A stretch of 64,000 bases of DNA, taken from an uncultured Chloroflexia bacterium (GTDB lineage Bacteria > Chloroflexota > Limnocylindria > Limnocylindrales > CSP1-4). The notes under the pieces were generated by a model. It made no database searches and was not told where the DNA came from. It was given only the letters and a program-made list of their open reading frames with translations. Shown piece by piece: positions 30,476 to 40,258 of this stretch. The number at the start of each line of letters is the position of its first letter. The first letter of the stretch is position 1. Both the position numbers and the translations under genes were made by a program. Location of the stretch: the NCBI GenBank assembly GCA_963833225.1, contig CAWHXD010000019.1:704001-768000 (forward strand). The letters run 5' to 3'.

Positions 30476-31870
30476 CTACGAGACTCGCGGGAAGTTCGCG
30501 AGCCCTCGCTTGATGAACTTGCCGTGGCCGGCGGGGCCGGTCCACTCGCCGTCGCGGACCACCACGGTGCCGCGCGACAGCACGACATCGGAGCCGCCCT
30601 GGACGGTCATCCCCTCGTAGCAGCTGTAGTCGACGTCCATGTGGTGAGTCGAGGCAGACAGCACATGGCTCCGGTTCGGATCGTAGACAACGATGTCGGC
30701 GTCCGAGCCGGCGGCGATCAGGCCCTTCTTCGGGTACATCCCGAAGATCTTCGCGGGAGCCGTCGACACGACCTCGACCCAGCGCTCCTTTGTCAGCCGC
30801 CCGTCGACGACCGCCTGGTGCATGAGATCGACCCGCTCCTCGACCCCGGGCAGGCCATTGGGGATCTTGCGGAAGTCGCCGCGTCCCAGCTCCTTCTGGC
30901 CGTGGAAGTCGAACGGGCAGTGGTCCGTGCCGATGAGCTGGAGGTCGTCTCGCTTGAGCGCGTTCCAGAGCTCGACCGCGTGGTCCTTCGTGCGCAGCGG
31001 CGGGGAGCACACGAACTTGGCGCCCTCGAAGCCGTGGCCGAGGTCGTCGAGCGTCAGGTACAGGTACTGCGGGCAGGTCTCCGCCCAGGTCATCGCGCCG
31101 CGGTTGCGCGCGGCCATGACGGCGTCAAGCGCCTCCTTGGCCGACAGGTGCACGAAGTACACGGGGACGCCCGCGACCTCGGCCAGCCGGATCATCCGGC
31201 TCGTCGCCTCGCCCTCGAGACGCGAGTCACGCGCGAGGCCGTGGCCAATGGGATCGGTCACCCCGGCATCGATCTGCTCGGCCGCCAGGATGTCGATCAC
31301 GGGCCCGTTCTCAGCGTGCATCAGGATGAGCCCGCCGTTCTTCTTCGTCTGCTGCATCGCGCGGAAGATGTGGTCATCCGGCGAGAGGAAGACGCCCGGG
31401 TAGGCGGTGAACAGCTTGAAGTCCGGAACGCCCTCGGCGACCAGCTGGTCCATCTCGGCCAGCGTCGAGTCGTTGACGTCCGACATGATCATGTGGAAGC
31501 CGTAGTCGATGACGGCGTTGCCCTCGGCCTTCTTGCGCCAGGCGTCGAGGCCCTCGTGCAGTGGCTGGCCCTTCGTCTGGACCGCGAAGTCGACGATCGA
31601 GGTGGTGCCGCCGAAGGCCGCAGCCCGCGTGCCGGTCTCGAAGGTGTCCTTGGCGAAGGTTCCGCCGAACGGCAGCTCCATGTGGGTGTGGGCGTCGATT
31701 CCGCCCGGGATCACGTACTTGCCCGCGGCGTCGACGGTCTGGTCGGCCGTCACTCCGGCCCCGGCCAGGTTCGCGCCGACCTGCGCGATCGTCTCGCCGT
31801 CGACCAGGACATCGGCCTGGTATGACCCGTCGGCGGTGACGATGGTGCCGTTGGCGATCAGGGTCCGCAT
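30476..31870 (-). CDS. hydA: Dihydropyrimidinase
   Basis: PGGIDAHTHM, AAAFGGTT, HAENG, GTDHCPF, IPNGLPGVE. Confidence 0.95.
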   Translation of the reverse strand: MRTLIANGTIVTADGSYQADVLVDGETIAQVGANLAGAGVTADQTVDAAGKYVIPGGIDAHTHMELPFGGTFAKDTFETGTRAAAFGGTTSIVDFAVQTKGQPLHEGLDAWRKKAEGNAVIDYGFHMIMSDVNDSTLAEMDQLVAEGVPDFKLFTAYPGVFLSPDDHIFRAMQQTKKNGGLILMHAENGPVIDILAAEQIDAGVTDPIGHGLARDSRLEGEATSRMIRLAEVAGVPVYFVHLSAKEALDAVMAARNRGAMTWAETCPQYLYLTLDDLGHGFEGAKFVCSPPLRTKDHAVELWNALKRDDLQLIGTDHCPFDFHGQKELGRGDFRKIPNGLPGVEERVDLMHQAVVDGRLTKERWVEVVSTAPAKIFGMYPKKGLIAAGSDADIVVYDPNRSHVLSASTHHMDVDYSCYEGMTVQGGSDVVLSRGTVVVRDGEWTGPAGHGKFIKRGLANFPRVS

Positions 31871-32153
31871 CGGTCCTCCTCGCGTGCTGTGGCCCGCCTC
31901 GCAGGGAGGCGGTGGGACGCTCGTAGACCCATCCTAGCGAGGGCGACCGGCATCGACAGGGCCGGTTGACGTGGACAGGGCCCCCCGGCACCCCGGTTGG
32001 GAGGGGTCGACCGGCCCACCGCCTCCGCGCGGGGCAGGGGAGCGGTGATCACGCCCTCGATGTCGCCTCGATTCCCGGTGGTCGGAACCCGTCGCCAGCG
32101 CGCTGGCCGTGAGCGCGGTCACGGCATCCGCGGCGCCGCGGTGCCGTACCGGG

Positions 32154-32363
32154 TCAGAGCGGGGGCAGCGCGAGCGGGATCCCGACGGCCCGGGCAATCC
32201 CCAGCTCGATCAACCAGGCGAGGACCGTTGCGCCCACGGCGACGACGGCGACCAGGAACGCGATCGCGCCGCGCGCCTGCCGGACCCGGTGGGCTCGCCG
32301 GGCCGCGGGCCCATCGACTTCCCAGAACGGATCCCGGCGGTGAAACAGCGAGCGATCGGCCAT
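32154..32363 (-). CDS. Small hypothetical membrane protein
   Basis: GGAGG RBS, one C-terminal TM helix. Confidence 0.55.
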   Translation of the reverse strand: MADRSLFHRRDPFWEVDGPAARRAHRVRQARGAIAFLVAVVAVGATVLAWLIELGIARAVGIPLALPPL

Positions 32364-32571
32364 GGCGATACCTCCAGCCCCCCGAGTGTGGTCCGATGGG
32401 GTCGAGGGCGGGAGGGTGACCTTTGTCCGGTGACCCTGCCCCGCACCACACCGAACTCCACCCAGCCGCCGGCCGCCGCGGCGGGGTGTGCGCGATCGCG
32501 GTGCGTGCTGTCACCGCGATCGAGCTGACGGCCAAGGCGCTGCGCGTCGCGCGGGCGAGCGAGCGGGCGGC

Positions 32572-33168
32572 TCAGCGTCGCGCGACGGCGTACCGGGCGA
32601 CCGCGACCAGGGAGAGCAACCCGAGGCCCACCAGCCGCACGACGTCGCGCTGCTCGGCGATGAACAGCAGCGGGAACGTGCTGAGCCCGGCGACAGTTCC
32701 CGCGATCCGCCCGTTGCGGCCCAGCACGTGGGCCGCAACGGCGACCGGGATGGCCAGCGTGAGGCTCACGGCCCCGGCCAGCGGCGCCAGGGCGACCAGG
32801 ATGCCTGCCAGGGTTGCGACGCCGCGCCCGCCCGCCAGCCGTCCGAAGGCCGGCCAGCCCGCGCCGGCCAGGACGCCGACACCGGCGACCCAGCCCGTCC
32901 ACCAGGTGAAGGTGACGATCCCGATCGCGACGGGCAGGATCCCTTTGGCGAGGTCTCCGGTCAGGGCCAGGACGCCCCACCCGGGTCCGGCCTGCCGCCA
33001 TACGTCCGCCGGGCCCGACGGGCCTTCGCCCTGTCGGGCGACGCCGACACCGCCGGCCCGTCCGACCCATGCAGCGAGCGGCAGCGATCCCACCAGGTAG
33101 CCGACGAGGAGCGACAGGACGGTGCGCAGCAGGTCCAGCGCCATCGTGAGCAGAGACGAATCGGACAC
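32572..33168 (-). CDS. plsY: Glycerol-3-phosphate acyltransferase PlsY family
   Basis: GYLVGSLP, DLAKG, GGRGVAT; somewhat divergent. Confidence 0.75.
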   Translation of the reverse strand: MSDSSLLTMALDLLRTVLSLLVGYLVGSLPLAAWVGRAGGVGVARQGEGPSGPADVWRQAGPGWGVLALTGDLAKGILPVAIGIVTFTWWTGWVAGVGVLAGAGWPAFGRLAGGRGVATLAGILVALAPLAGAVSLTLAIPVAVAAHVLGRNGRIAGTVAGLSTFPLLFIAEQRDVVRLVGLGLLSLVAVARYAVARR

Positions 33169-33249
33169 GGGCAGAATGATGCTGGATGCCGCGGAGGGGA
33201 ATCCAGCGGCGGGCGGTGCAGGGCGCCCGTCCCGGGTCGTTTCCCGGGC

Positions 33250-34260
33250 TCAGGCCTGCGGCGGCTCGACGTCCCGGAGTGCCGGGATCACGTGCCTCCC
33301 GTATAGCTCCAGCTGTTCCTCCTCGTTCCCGTTCATCAGGTACAGGTTGAACTGGTCCACGCCGGCCTCCGCGAGCGTCCTGAGACGCGCGATGTGCGCC
33401 TCCGGGCCGCCGATGAGGCAGAACCGGTCCACGATCTCGTCGGTCACGAACGAGGCGTTCGACGAGCCCACCTCGGCATGGTGGAGGTAGTCATAGCCCT
33501 CGCGGTCGTGGACGTAGGCGGTGAGCTCCTCGGGCAGGTCCTCGCGCGGGTACTTGTTCACGAGATCGACGACGTGGTTGCCGACGAGCGCCGGGAACCA
33601 GCGCGTCCGGTCCCGGCCGTCCGCGAGGTCACCCACGTGGGCCGGGGCGGCAGCCATGACCCGCACGGCGCCGGGGTCCCGGCCGGCGGCCGTCGCCGAT
33701 TCACGCACCTGGGACACGAACCACCGGATGAGGTCCGGGTCGCCGATCTGGAGCATGGCCCCATCCGCGATCCGGCCGGTGAGCTTGAGCGCCACCGGGC
33801 CGTAGCCCGCGATCCACACGGGCAGCGAGAACCCGGGGGTCCACGGCAGCTCGAGCATCGCGCCCTCGAACTCGATCCCGCGGCCCTCCACGAGCGCCCG
33901 GATCACGTGCACCGCCTGCTCGAGGTCCTTCATCGTGGTCGGACCCTTGCCCAGCACGCGCCGCGCGGAATCGCCCCGGCCGATGCCGAGATCCATGCGC
34001 CCGCCGGACAGCTCATTGAGCTCGGCGAGCAGGGAGGCCGTGACGGACGGCTCGCGGGTGGCCGGATTCGTGACGCAGGTCCCAAAGCGCATCGTGGTCG
34101 TTGCCTGCGCCATGAGGGTCAGGAGCGGGTAGGGATCCCGCCACAGGACGTGCGAGTCGAACAGCCACCCGTAGCTGAAGCCGGCCGCCTCCGCCTGCCG
34201 GGTGAGCGCGATCGTGCGCTCGATCGAGTGGTCGGGCTTGAGCGTGAACCCGAACTGCAT
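33250..34260 (-). CDS. LLM-class F420-dependent oxidoreductase (TIGR03842-like)
   Basis: WLFDSHVLW, GTCVTNPATR, GIGRGDSA, VGNHVVD; pyrimidine-catabolism context. Confidence 0.85.
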   Translation of the reverse strand: MQFGFTLKPDHSIERTIALTRQAEAAGFSYGWLFDSHVLWRDPYPLLTLMAQATTTMRFGTCVTNPATREPSVTASLLAELNELSGGRMDLGIGRGDSARRVLGKGPTTMKDLEQAVHVIRALVEGRGIEFEGAMLELPWTPGFSLPVWIAGYGPVALKLTGRIADGAMLQIGDPDLIRWFVSQVRESATAAGRDPGAVRVMAAAPAHVGDLADGRDRTRWFPALVGNHVVDLVNKYPREDLPEELTAYVHDREGYDYLHHAEVGSSNASFVTDEIVDRFCLIGGPEAHIARLRTLAEAGVDQFNLYLMNGNEEEQLELYGRHVIPALRDVEPPQA

Positions 34261-34391
34261 TCCGTCTCCTCCTGTGGGGACCCGGGAGAATCGGGCGGCT
34301 CGGCTGTCCTCCTCCTTGACAGCCGAGCCGCGCGGGATCATACCGGACACGGTCGGGTCGGCAACCGTGCCGTTCGGCCCTGCCGGGAGGC

Positions 34392-35240
34392 CTAGGGCCG
34401 GATCAGGTCACCGTACTGGTCGGGCCGGCGGTCCCGGTAGAACTGCCAGGTCTGCCGGACCTCGGTGATCACGTCGAAGTCCATGTCGCGGATGATCAGC
34501 TCCTCGTCGTGGGGGCTGCCCACGGCGCCCACGAACTGGCCGCGTGGATCCACGAAGTAGCTCTGGCCGTAGAAGTCGTCCGGTCCGATCTCGGCCTCGA
34601 TGCCAACGCGGTTGATCGTGCCCACGAAGTAGCCGTTGGCGAGCGCGTGGCTGACCTGCTCGACCCGCCACAGGTACTCGGACAGGCCGCGGCTGGTCGC
34701 CGACGGGATCATCACCAGCTCGGCGCCGTTGAGGCCAAGGGCGCGGGCGCCCTCCGGGAAGTGGCGGTCGTAGCAGATGTAGACGCCGATCTTGCCCACG
34801 GCGGTCTGGAACACTGGGTACCCAAGGTTGCCGGGGCGGAAGTAGAACTTCTCCCAGAAGCCCTGGACGTGCGGGATGTGGGTCTTGCGGTACTTGCCGA
34901 GGTACGAGCCGTCGGCGTCGATCACGGCTGCGGTGTTGTAGTAGATGCCCGAGGTGGAATCCTCCTCGTACATCGGGACCACGAGGACCATGCCGGTCTG
35001 CTTGGCGAGGTCCTGCATCCGCTTCGTGGTCGGCCCGTCCGGGATCAGCTCGGTATAGCTGTAGTACTGCTTCTCCTGCACCTGGCAGAAGTACGGCCCG
35101 TAGAAGAGCTCCTGGAAGAGCATCACCTGCGCGCCCTGCTTGGCCGCCTCGTGGGCGTAGCCCTCGTGCTTCTGGATCATCGACTCCTTGTCGCCGGTCC
35201 AGGATGCCTGCAGCAGCGCGCCTCGGACGATACGGGGCAT
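34392..35240 (-). CDS. Nitrilase-superfamily beta-ureidopropionase-like hydrolase
   Basis: FQELF, YRKTHIP, ICYDRHFPE catalytic E-K-C triad; FWEKFYF. Confidence 0.9.
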   Translation of the reverse strand: MPRIVRGALLQASWTGDKESMIQKHEGYAHEAAKQGAQVMLFQELFYGPYFCQVQEKQYYSYTELIPDGPTTKRMQDLAKQTGMVLVVPMYEEDSTSGIYYNTAAVIDADGSYLGKYRKTHIPHVQGFWEKFYFRPGNLGYPVFQTAVGKIGVYICYDRHFPEGARALGLNGAELVMIPSATSRGLSEYLWRVEQVSHALANGYFVGTINRVGIEAEIGPDDFYGQSYFVDPRGQFVGAVGSPHDEELIIRDMDFDVITEVRQTWQFYRDRRPDQYGDLIRP

Positions 35241-35414
35241 GAATGAGCCTCCTCGATACTCCCGCTTGCCGCCCGCTCGGACGGCTGCCACCGGCGTCAC
35301 CGCGGCGGCGAATGGTCGGAGCATACGCCGCTCGCCTCGGCGGTTCTGCCCCCGACGGCCCCTACGCCGTGGGCCGGAAGTCAACCCGGAGCGAAAAGCG
35401 ATGGGCCCGGCCTG

Positions 35415-36974
35415 TCAGTGGCAGGCGCCCGTGCCGCTGTCCGTGAAGGTGCGGCCGGCGATCGGGATGAACAGCCAGTCATACGAGCCGACCCGGAGCG
35501 TGAGGCGGAGCACGCCGTGGGTGTCGGCCTCGCGGACCTCGCTGTTGGCCCGGACCGCCGCGAACGGACGGAGCGGCGCCCCGCCCGTGCCAACCACGAA
35601 CTCGCGGATCCCGGACGCGGAGGCGACACCGGCCGGCGTCTGGGGCGCGAACCGCTCGTAGTCGTGGTCATGGCCGGTCAGGATCATGTCGGCGCCGTAT
35701 GCGTCGAGCGCCTGCCACAGCGGTCGCACGGCCGGGTCGCCGCCGTGCTGGCCGGAGGAGAACAGCGGCTCGTGCATCACCGCGGCCACGCACGCCCGCG
35801 GGTTGGCCGCGAGGTCGGCCCGGAGCCACTGCTCCTGCTCGGATCCCGCTCCGCAGCCCACCTCGGTGCAATTGGCGTTGAGCGTGTAGATCCGCCATGT
35901 GCCCAGGTCGTAGGCGTACCACCCCTTGCCCCGTTCGCCGGCCCGCGACCCGAAGTAGTCCCAGTAGGGCCGGGCGCCCGGGGTGTGGTACTCGTGGTTG
36001 CCGACGGCGGGGGAGGTGCGGAGCCGCCAGCGGCCCCAGGTGGGGTCGTAGCAGTCGCGGAACTGGGACGTCGTCCCGTCGGGGTAGGCGATGTCCCCGG
36101 CCGCGAATACCCGGCCCGGGATGGCGTCGAGCAGGTCCGCGGTGAGGTTGTCACCAGGATTGCCGCAGTAGGCGATGTCACCGGCGCCGACGAGGACCGG
36201 GTCGGCCGCCGGCGCGTCGCCCACGATGAACCCGTCGACGACCACGTTGGGGTGGCCGGCTGTCCCCTTGACACGGAGCGTGAGGGTGTGGTCGCCGGGT
36301 TCGGGCCAGGTCGCCACGTACAGCACGCGCCGGTAGGCCCTCGAGGTCGCGTACGTGCTCACGACTCCGCGGGACTCGCCGTCGAGGAAGACACGGGCGG
36401 ACCCGCCGGACCGGGAGGGACGCCCGATCCAGGCCACCTGGCTGCCGGTGAACGTGAATGACAGCTCGGCCCCGGCGGTTCGGCCACGCAGGGCCTGGTC
36501 CCCGAGGAGCTCCGGGGCGCTGATCGAGGTCCACGCGCCCGTGGTCGTCACCCCAGTCGCCTGTTCCGACTGCAGTGTCCAGTGCAGCGCCTCGCCGGAA
36601 GCCCATTCGCTCCAGTTGCCGGCCGCGTCCCTGGCGCGGACGCGGAACCGGGCGTCGTGGGGCGGCCGGACCGTGACGACGGCGTGGCGAGCGGTCCGCT
36701 TCGACAGGGTGACCGTTGCCCAGGAGCCGCCATCGATGCTCATCTGCAGCTTCACGCGCGCCACGCCGGTCCCGGCATCGGACGCGGTCCACGCGACCCG
36801 GACCGGAACGGCGGCCGCCCTCACGGTCTTGCCCGGAGCGGGGCTCGCGACCGGGGACGAGACGACGGGCGGCCGCGTGTCCCCGGCGGCGAGCGCGGGG
36901 CGGGGCCCGGTCGGGCCGACCAGGAGCGCCCCCGCGAGAACGAGGAGGAGCGCGGTGCGGATGATGCGGTGCAT
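35415..36974 (-). CDS. Secreted metallophosphoesterase with N-terminal beta-sandwich domains
   Basis: Signal peptide; GAGDIA, GDIAY, GNHEY, GHDH motifs. Confidence 0.85.
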   Translation of the reverse strand: MHRIIRTALLLVLAGALLVGPTGPRPALAAGDTRPPVVSSPVASPAPGKTVRAAAVPVRVAWTASDAGTGVARVKLQMSIDGGSWATVTLSKRTARHAVVTVRPPHDARFRVRARDAAGNWSEWASGEALHWTLQSEQATGVTTTGAWTSISAPELLGDQALRGRTAGAELSFTFTGSQVAWIGRPSRSGGSARVFLDGESRGVVSTYATSRAYRRVLYVATWPEPGDHTLTLRVKGTAGHPNVVVDGFIVGDAPAADPVLVGAGDIAYCGNPGDNLTADLLDAIPGRVFAAGDIAYPDGTTSQFRDCYDPTWGRWRLRTSPAVGNHEYHTPGARPYWDYFGSRAGERGKGWYAYDLGTWRIYTLNANCTEVGCGAGSEQEQWLRADLAANPRACVAAVMHEPLFSSGQHGGDPAVRPLWQALDAYGADMILTGHDHDYERFAPQTPAGVASASGIREFVVGTGGAPLRPFAAVRANSEVREADTHGVLRLTLRVGSYDWLFIPIAGRTFTDSGTGACH

Positions 36975-37070
36975 GCCCAGAGCGTGCACCTCGGTTCCGG
37001 CGCACGTCATCCCCCGGATGGCCCGATTCTCCCGAAGGTCCCGATCCCTCCGAAGGTCCCGGCGCCCGCG

Positions 37071-37433
37071 TCAGGGCTCCTGCGCAAAGACCTCCGTGAA
37101 CGCGCGACAGTCGCCTCGCTCGTCGAACTCGAGCAGGAACACGTTGTGATAACGCCGGTCGCCTGTCTTGCCGGTGTACGTGCTGGTGCCCACCGCGACG
37201 GCACGCGAGCCGTCGACCGCGTACGGCGCGTACGCGCCGTCGTATGTGCCCGGGGCGTCCCGGTCCGCCATCCAGTCGTCCACGATGGCCGCCGCGCCGC
37301 GGAGCGGCTCGCCCCACGGGTAGTAGCGGTACTCGGCATCGTCGGCGAACAGCGCCCGGATGGCGTCCGGGTCGTACGTCCGCCACGCGTCCGTGTAGCG
37401 GTCCAGCCAGCGGGCGACATCGTCTCGGGTCAT
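37071..37433 (-). CDS. SnoaL/NTF2-like protein
   Basis: WLDRYTDAW...LFADDAEY...FTEVF; GGAGG RBS. Confidence 0.8.
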   Translation of the reverse strand: MTRDDVARWLDRYTDAWRTYDPDAIRALFADDAEYRYYPWGEPLRGAAAIVDDWMADRDAPGTYDGAYAPYAVDGSRAVAVGTSTYTGKTGDRRYHNVFLLEFDERGDCRAFTEVFAQEP

Positions 37434-37658
37434 GTGGCGGTCCTCCGGTTGGGGCGAGGAATGGCGTAACCGATGTTACCCAGTTACCTAGTTACCGGCA
37501 GGCCCGGCAAACAGGCGATTCCACCCACCGTGACCCGGCCGTCTGGTCCGCCGCCGGGACCGCGCCCGTGTGTTGTAATGAGGCCCACGGCAGACCTCGC
37601 CGGCTTCCTTGGCCGACAGCAGCGGACGGCCCACCCGGGCCGCCCTGAACGGAGGATC

Positions 37659-38993
37659 ATGGGCATCAGCGCAGCGCCCGGCATGACCAGTGAGGAGATC
37701 GTCTCCCTCTCCCGCGAGCACACGATGTTCTCGTGGTCCGTCCAGGGCCAGATCGATCCGATCGCGATCGATCGCGCCTCGGGCGTCTACCTGTACACCC
37801 CCGAGGGCCGCCGGATCCTCGACTTCAACTCGCAGCTGATGTCGGTCAACATCGGGCACGGCGACCGCCGGGTGATCGACGCGATCAACGCGCAGGCGGA
37901 GAAGCTCCAGTTCGTCCAGCCGGCGTTCGCGACCGAGATCCGTGCCCGCCTCGGCCGGAAGCTGGCCGAGATCATGCCCGGCGACCTGAACAAGGTGTTC
38001 TTCACGCTCGGCGGCGCCGAGGCGGTGGAAAACGCGATCAAGCTCGCCCGCCACGTCACCGGCAAGCACAAGCTGCTTGCCCGGTACCGCGCTTATCACG
38101 GGGCTACGGCCGGGGCGATGACCCTGACCGGCGACTACCGCCGCTGGGCCAACGAGCCCGGCATCGTGGGTGTCGTGCGCTACCCGGATACCCATCGCTG
38201 GGGCGAGAAGGAGCCGCGCTCGGCGGCCGAGGCGCTCAACGGCCTCGAGGACGTGATCAAGTACGAGGGCGCCCAGACGATCGCGGCGGTCTTCCTCGAG
38301 ACCGTCGTCGGCACCAACGGCATCCTCATTCCGCCCGACGGGTACCTCAAGGGCGTCCGCGAGCTGTGCGACAAGTACGGGATCCTGATGGTCGCGGACG
38401 AGGTCATGGCGGGCTTCGGCCGCACCGGCCGCTGGTTTGCGGTGGACCACTGGGACGTCGTCCCGGACCTGATGACCATGGCCAAGGGCCTCACGTCGTC
38501 ATACCTGCCCTTGGGCGCGGTCGCCATGCGCGACCACATCTCCGAGGTCATGGACACGAAGATGTTCTTCGGCGGCCTGACGTACAGCAGCCACCCGGTC
38601 AGTCTCGCGGCGGCCCTGGCCACGATCGGCGTCTACGAGGAGGACGATCTCATCGGCAACGCTGCCCGGATGGGCAAGGTCATGCGTCGCCACCACGAGA
38701 CGCTGGCCGCGAAGCACCCGTCGGTCGGGGCGCACCGGAGCATCGGCCTGTTCGGCATCCTCGACCTCGTCAGGAGCCAGGACCCGTGGACCCCGATCAC
38801 GCCCTTCAACGGCACGAGCGACGAGATGAAGGCGATCGGCAAGTTCTTCCGTGAGCACGGCCTGTACGCGATGATCGCCAACAACTCGATCCACACCAAC
38901 CCACCCCTGTGCATCACCGAGGACCAGCTGGCGGAGGGCTTCGCGATCATCGACGCCGCGCTGGACATCGCCGACCAGGCGGTCACCGGCTAG
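37659..38993 (+). CDS. Class III PLP aminotransferase (beta-alanine/taurine-type)
   Basis: GAEAVENAIK, YHGAT, ADEVMAGFGRTG, MAKGLTS. Confidence 0.93.
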   Translation: MGISAAPGMTSEEIVSLSREHTMFSWSVQGQIDPIAIDRASGVYLYTPEGRRILDFNSQLMSVNIGHGDRRVIDAINAQAEKLQFVQPAFATEIRARLGRKLAEIMPGDLNKVFFTLGGAEAVENAIKLARHVTGKHKLLARYRAYHGATAGAMTLTGDYRRWANEPGIVGVVRYPDTHRWGEKEPRSAAEALNGLEDVIKYEGAQTIAAVFLETVVGTNGILIPPDGYLKGVRELCDKYGILMVADEVMAGFGRTGRWFAVDHWDVVPDLMTMAKGLTSSYLPLGAVAMRDHISEVMDTKMFFGGLTYSSHPVSLAAALATIGVYEEDDLIGNAARMGKVMRRHHETLAAKHPSVGAHRSIGLFGILDLVRSQDPWTPITPFNGTSDEMKAIGKFFREHGLYAMIANNSIHTNPPLCITEDQLAEGFAIIDAALDIADQAVTG

Positions 38994-38996
38994 GGC

Positions 38997-39815
38997 ATGG
39001 GCGAGGACCCGGCGGCCGGGGCGACGCCCGCCACGAGCCCCGCCGGGCTGATCGTCAGGATCCGCGGCCTTGACAAGGCGTTCACCGGCGGCGAGGGCGG
39101 GCCGCTGCTCGCCCTGGGGGCCGTGGACCTCGACATCGAGCCCGGGGCCTTCGTCTCGCTCATCGGGCCGTCGGGGTGTGGGAAGTCCACGCTCCTGCGC
39201 GTGATCGGGGACCTCGTCGCGCCCACGCGGGGCGAGGTCGCGATCAACGGCAAGCCGCCCGGGCGCGCTCGCCTGGACCGCGACTACGGGATGGTCTTCC
39301 AGGCGCCCGTCCTGTTCGACTGGCGCACGGTGGCCCAGAACGTCACGCTGCCGCTCGAGATCCTCCGCTGGCCGGCGGAGCGCCGGGAAGCCCGAGCCCG
39401 CGAGATGCTCGACCTCGTGGAGCTCGAGGGGTTCGCGTCGCATCGTCCCTACCAGCTGTCGGGCGGGATGCAGCAGCGGGTGGCGATCGCGCGGGCGCTC
39501 GCCTTCGAGCCGCGGATCCTGCTGATGGATGAGCCGTTCGGAGCGTTGGACGAGATGACCCGTGAGCGCCTCAACGACGAGGTGCTGCGGATCTGGTCAC
39601 GGACGGGGACCACCGTCGTGTTCGTGACCCACTCGATCCCGGAGGCCGTCTACCTCTCGACGCGGGTGGTGGTGATGGGTTCGCGGCCGGGTCGGATCAC
39701 GGGCGCCGTGGACATCGACCTGCCCCAGCCGCGTGGCGAGGCGACCCGGGAGTCGCCGCGGTTCTTCGAGCTGGTCAATGAGGTGCGTGAGCGCCTGCAC
39801 ACGGGGGCCAGCTGA
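38997..39815 (+). CDS. NitT/TauT-type ABC transporter ATP-binding protein
   Basis: GPSGCGKST, LSGGMQQR, LLMDEPFGALD, VTHSIPEA. Confidence 0.92.
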   Translation: MGEDPAAGATPATSPAGLIVRIRGLDKAFTGGEGGPLLALGAVDLDIEPGAFVSLIGPSGCGKSTLLRVIGDLVAPTRGEVAINGKPPGRARLDRDYGMVFQAPVLFDWRTVAQNVTLPLEILRWPAERREARAREMLDLVELEGFASHRPYQLSGGMQQRVAIARALAFEPRILLMDEPFGALDEMTRERLNDEVLRIWSRTGTTVVFVTHSIPEAVYLSTRVVVMGSRPGRITGAVDIDLPQPRGEATRESPRFFELVNEVRERLHTGAS

Positions 39816-39945
39816 CCTCGGCGCACGAGACCGGTCCTGGTCCGCGACTTGACGGATTCCCGGACTGGGTCGATGGTGGGGTCACAGTCGACTGCGCCGG
39901 TGTCCCGTCTGGTTCGTCCGTTGCGCGCGACAGATCGGACTCCCC

Positions 39946-40233
39946 ATGACCCGCAGATCGTTCCTGTCGCCCGAGGCGACCATCGTCGTGTCCTCCGACG
40001 GATATTTCGACGTCTACCCGCCGGTCGGCCGCACCAATGGCGACAAGCCGGCCTACCGTGGCCGGCTCAACGAGCTGGGGCCCGGGATCGGCGCCGCCGG
40101 CGACCGGCTTGCGGTCCGGCCGGACTCACCGATCCTCGCCGAGGCGGTCGCCAGCTGGTCGTCCGTCAACGGCGCCGCCGCCGTGGGCGGCGCGAGCGGC
40201 CGCGGTCGCGACGGGAACGAGGTGGCAGGCTGA
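39946..40233 (+). CDS. Hypothetical protein
   Basis: Fills the intergenic gap with protein-like composition; no recognised motif. Confidence 0.35.
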   Translation: MTRRSFLSPEATIVVSSDGYFDVYPPVGRTNGDKPAYRGRLNELGPGIGAAGDRLAVRPDSPILAEAVASWSSVNGAAAVGGASGRGRDGNEVAG

Positions 40234-40258
40234 CCGACGCCGCAGGGACCCGGGCCGG

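Noticed and set aside
37031-37062. CCGAAGGTCCCG direct repeat x2
   Set aside because: Two short copies only; no functional context.
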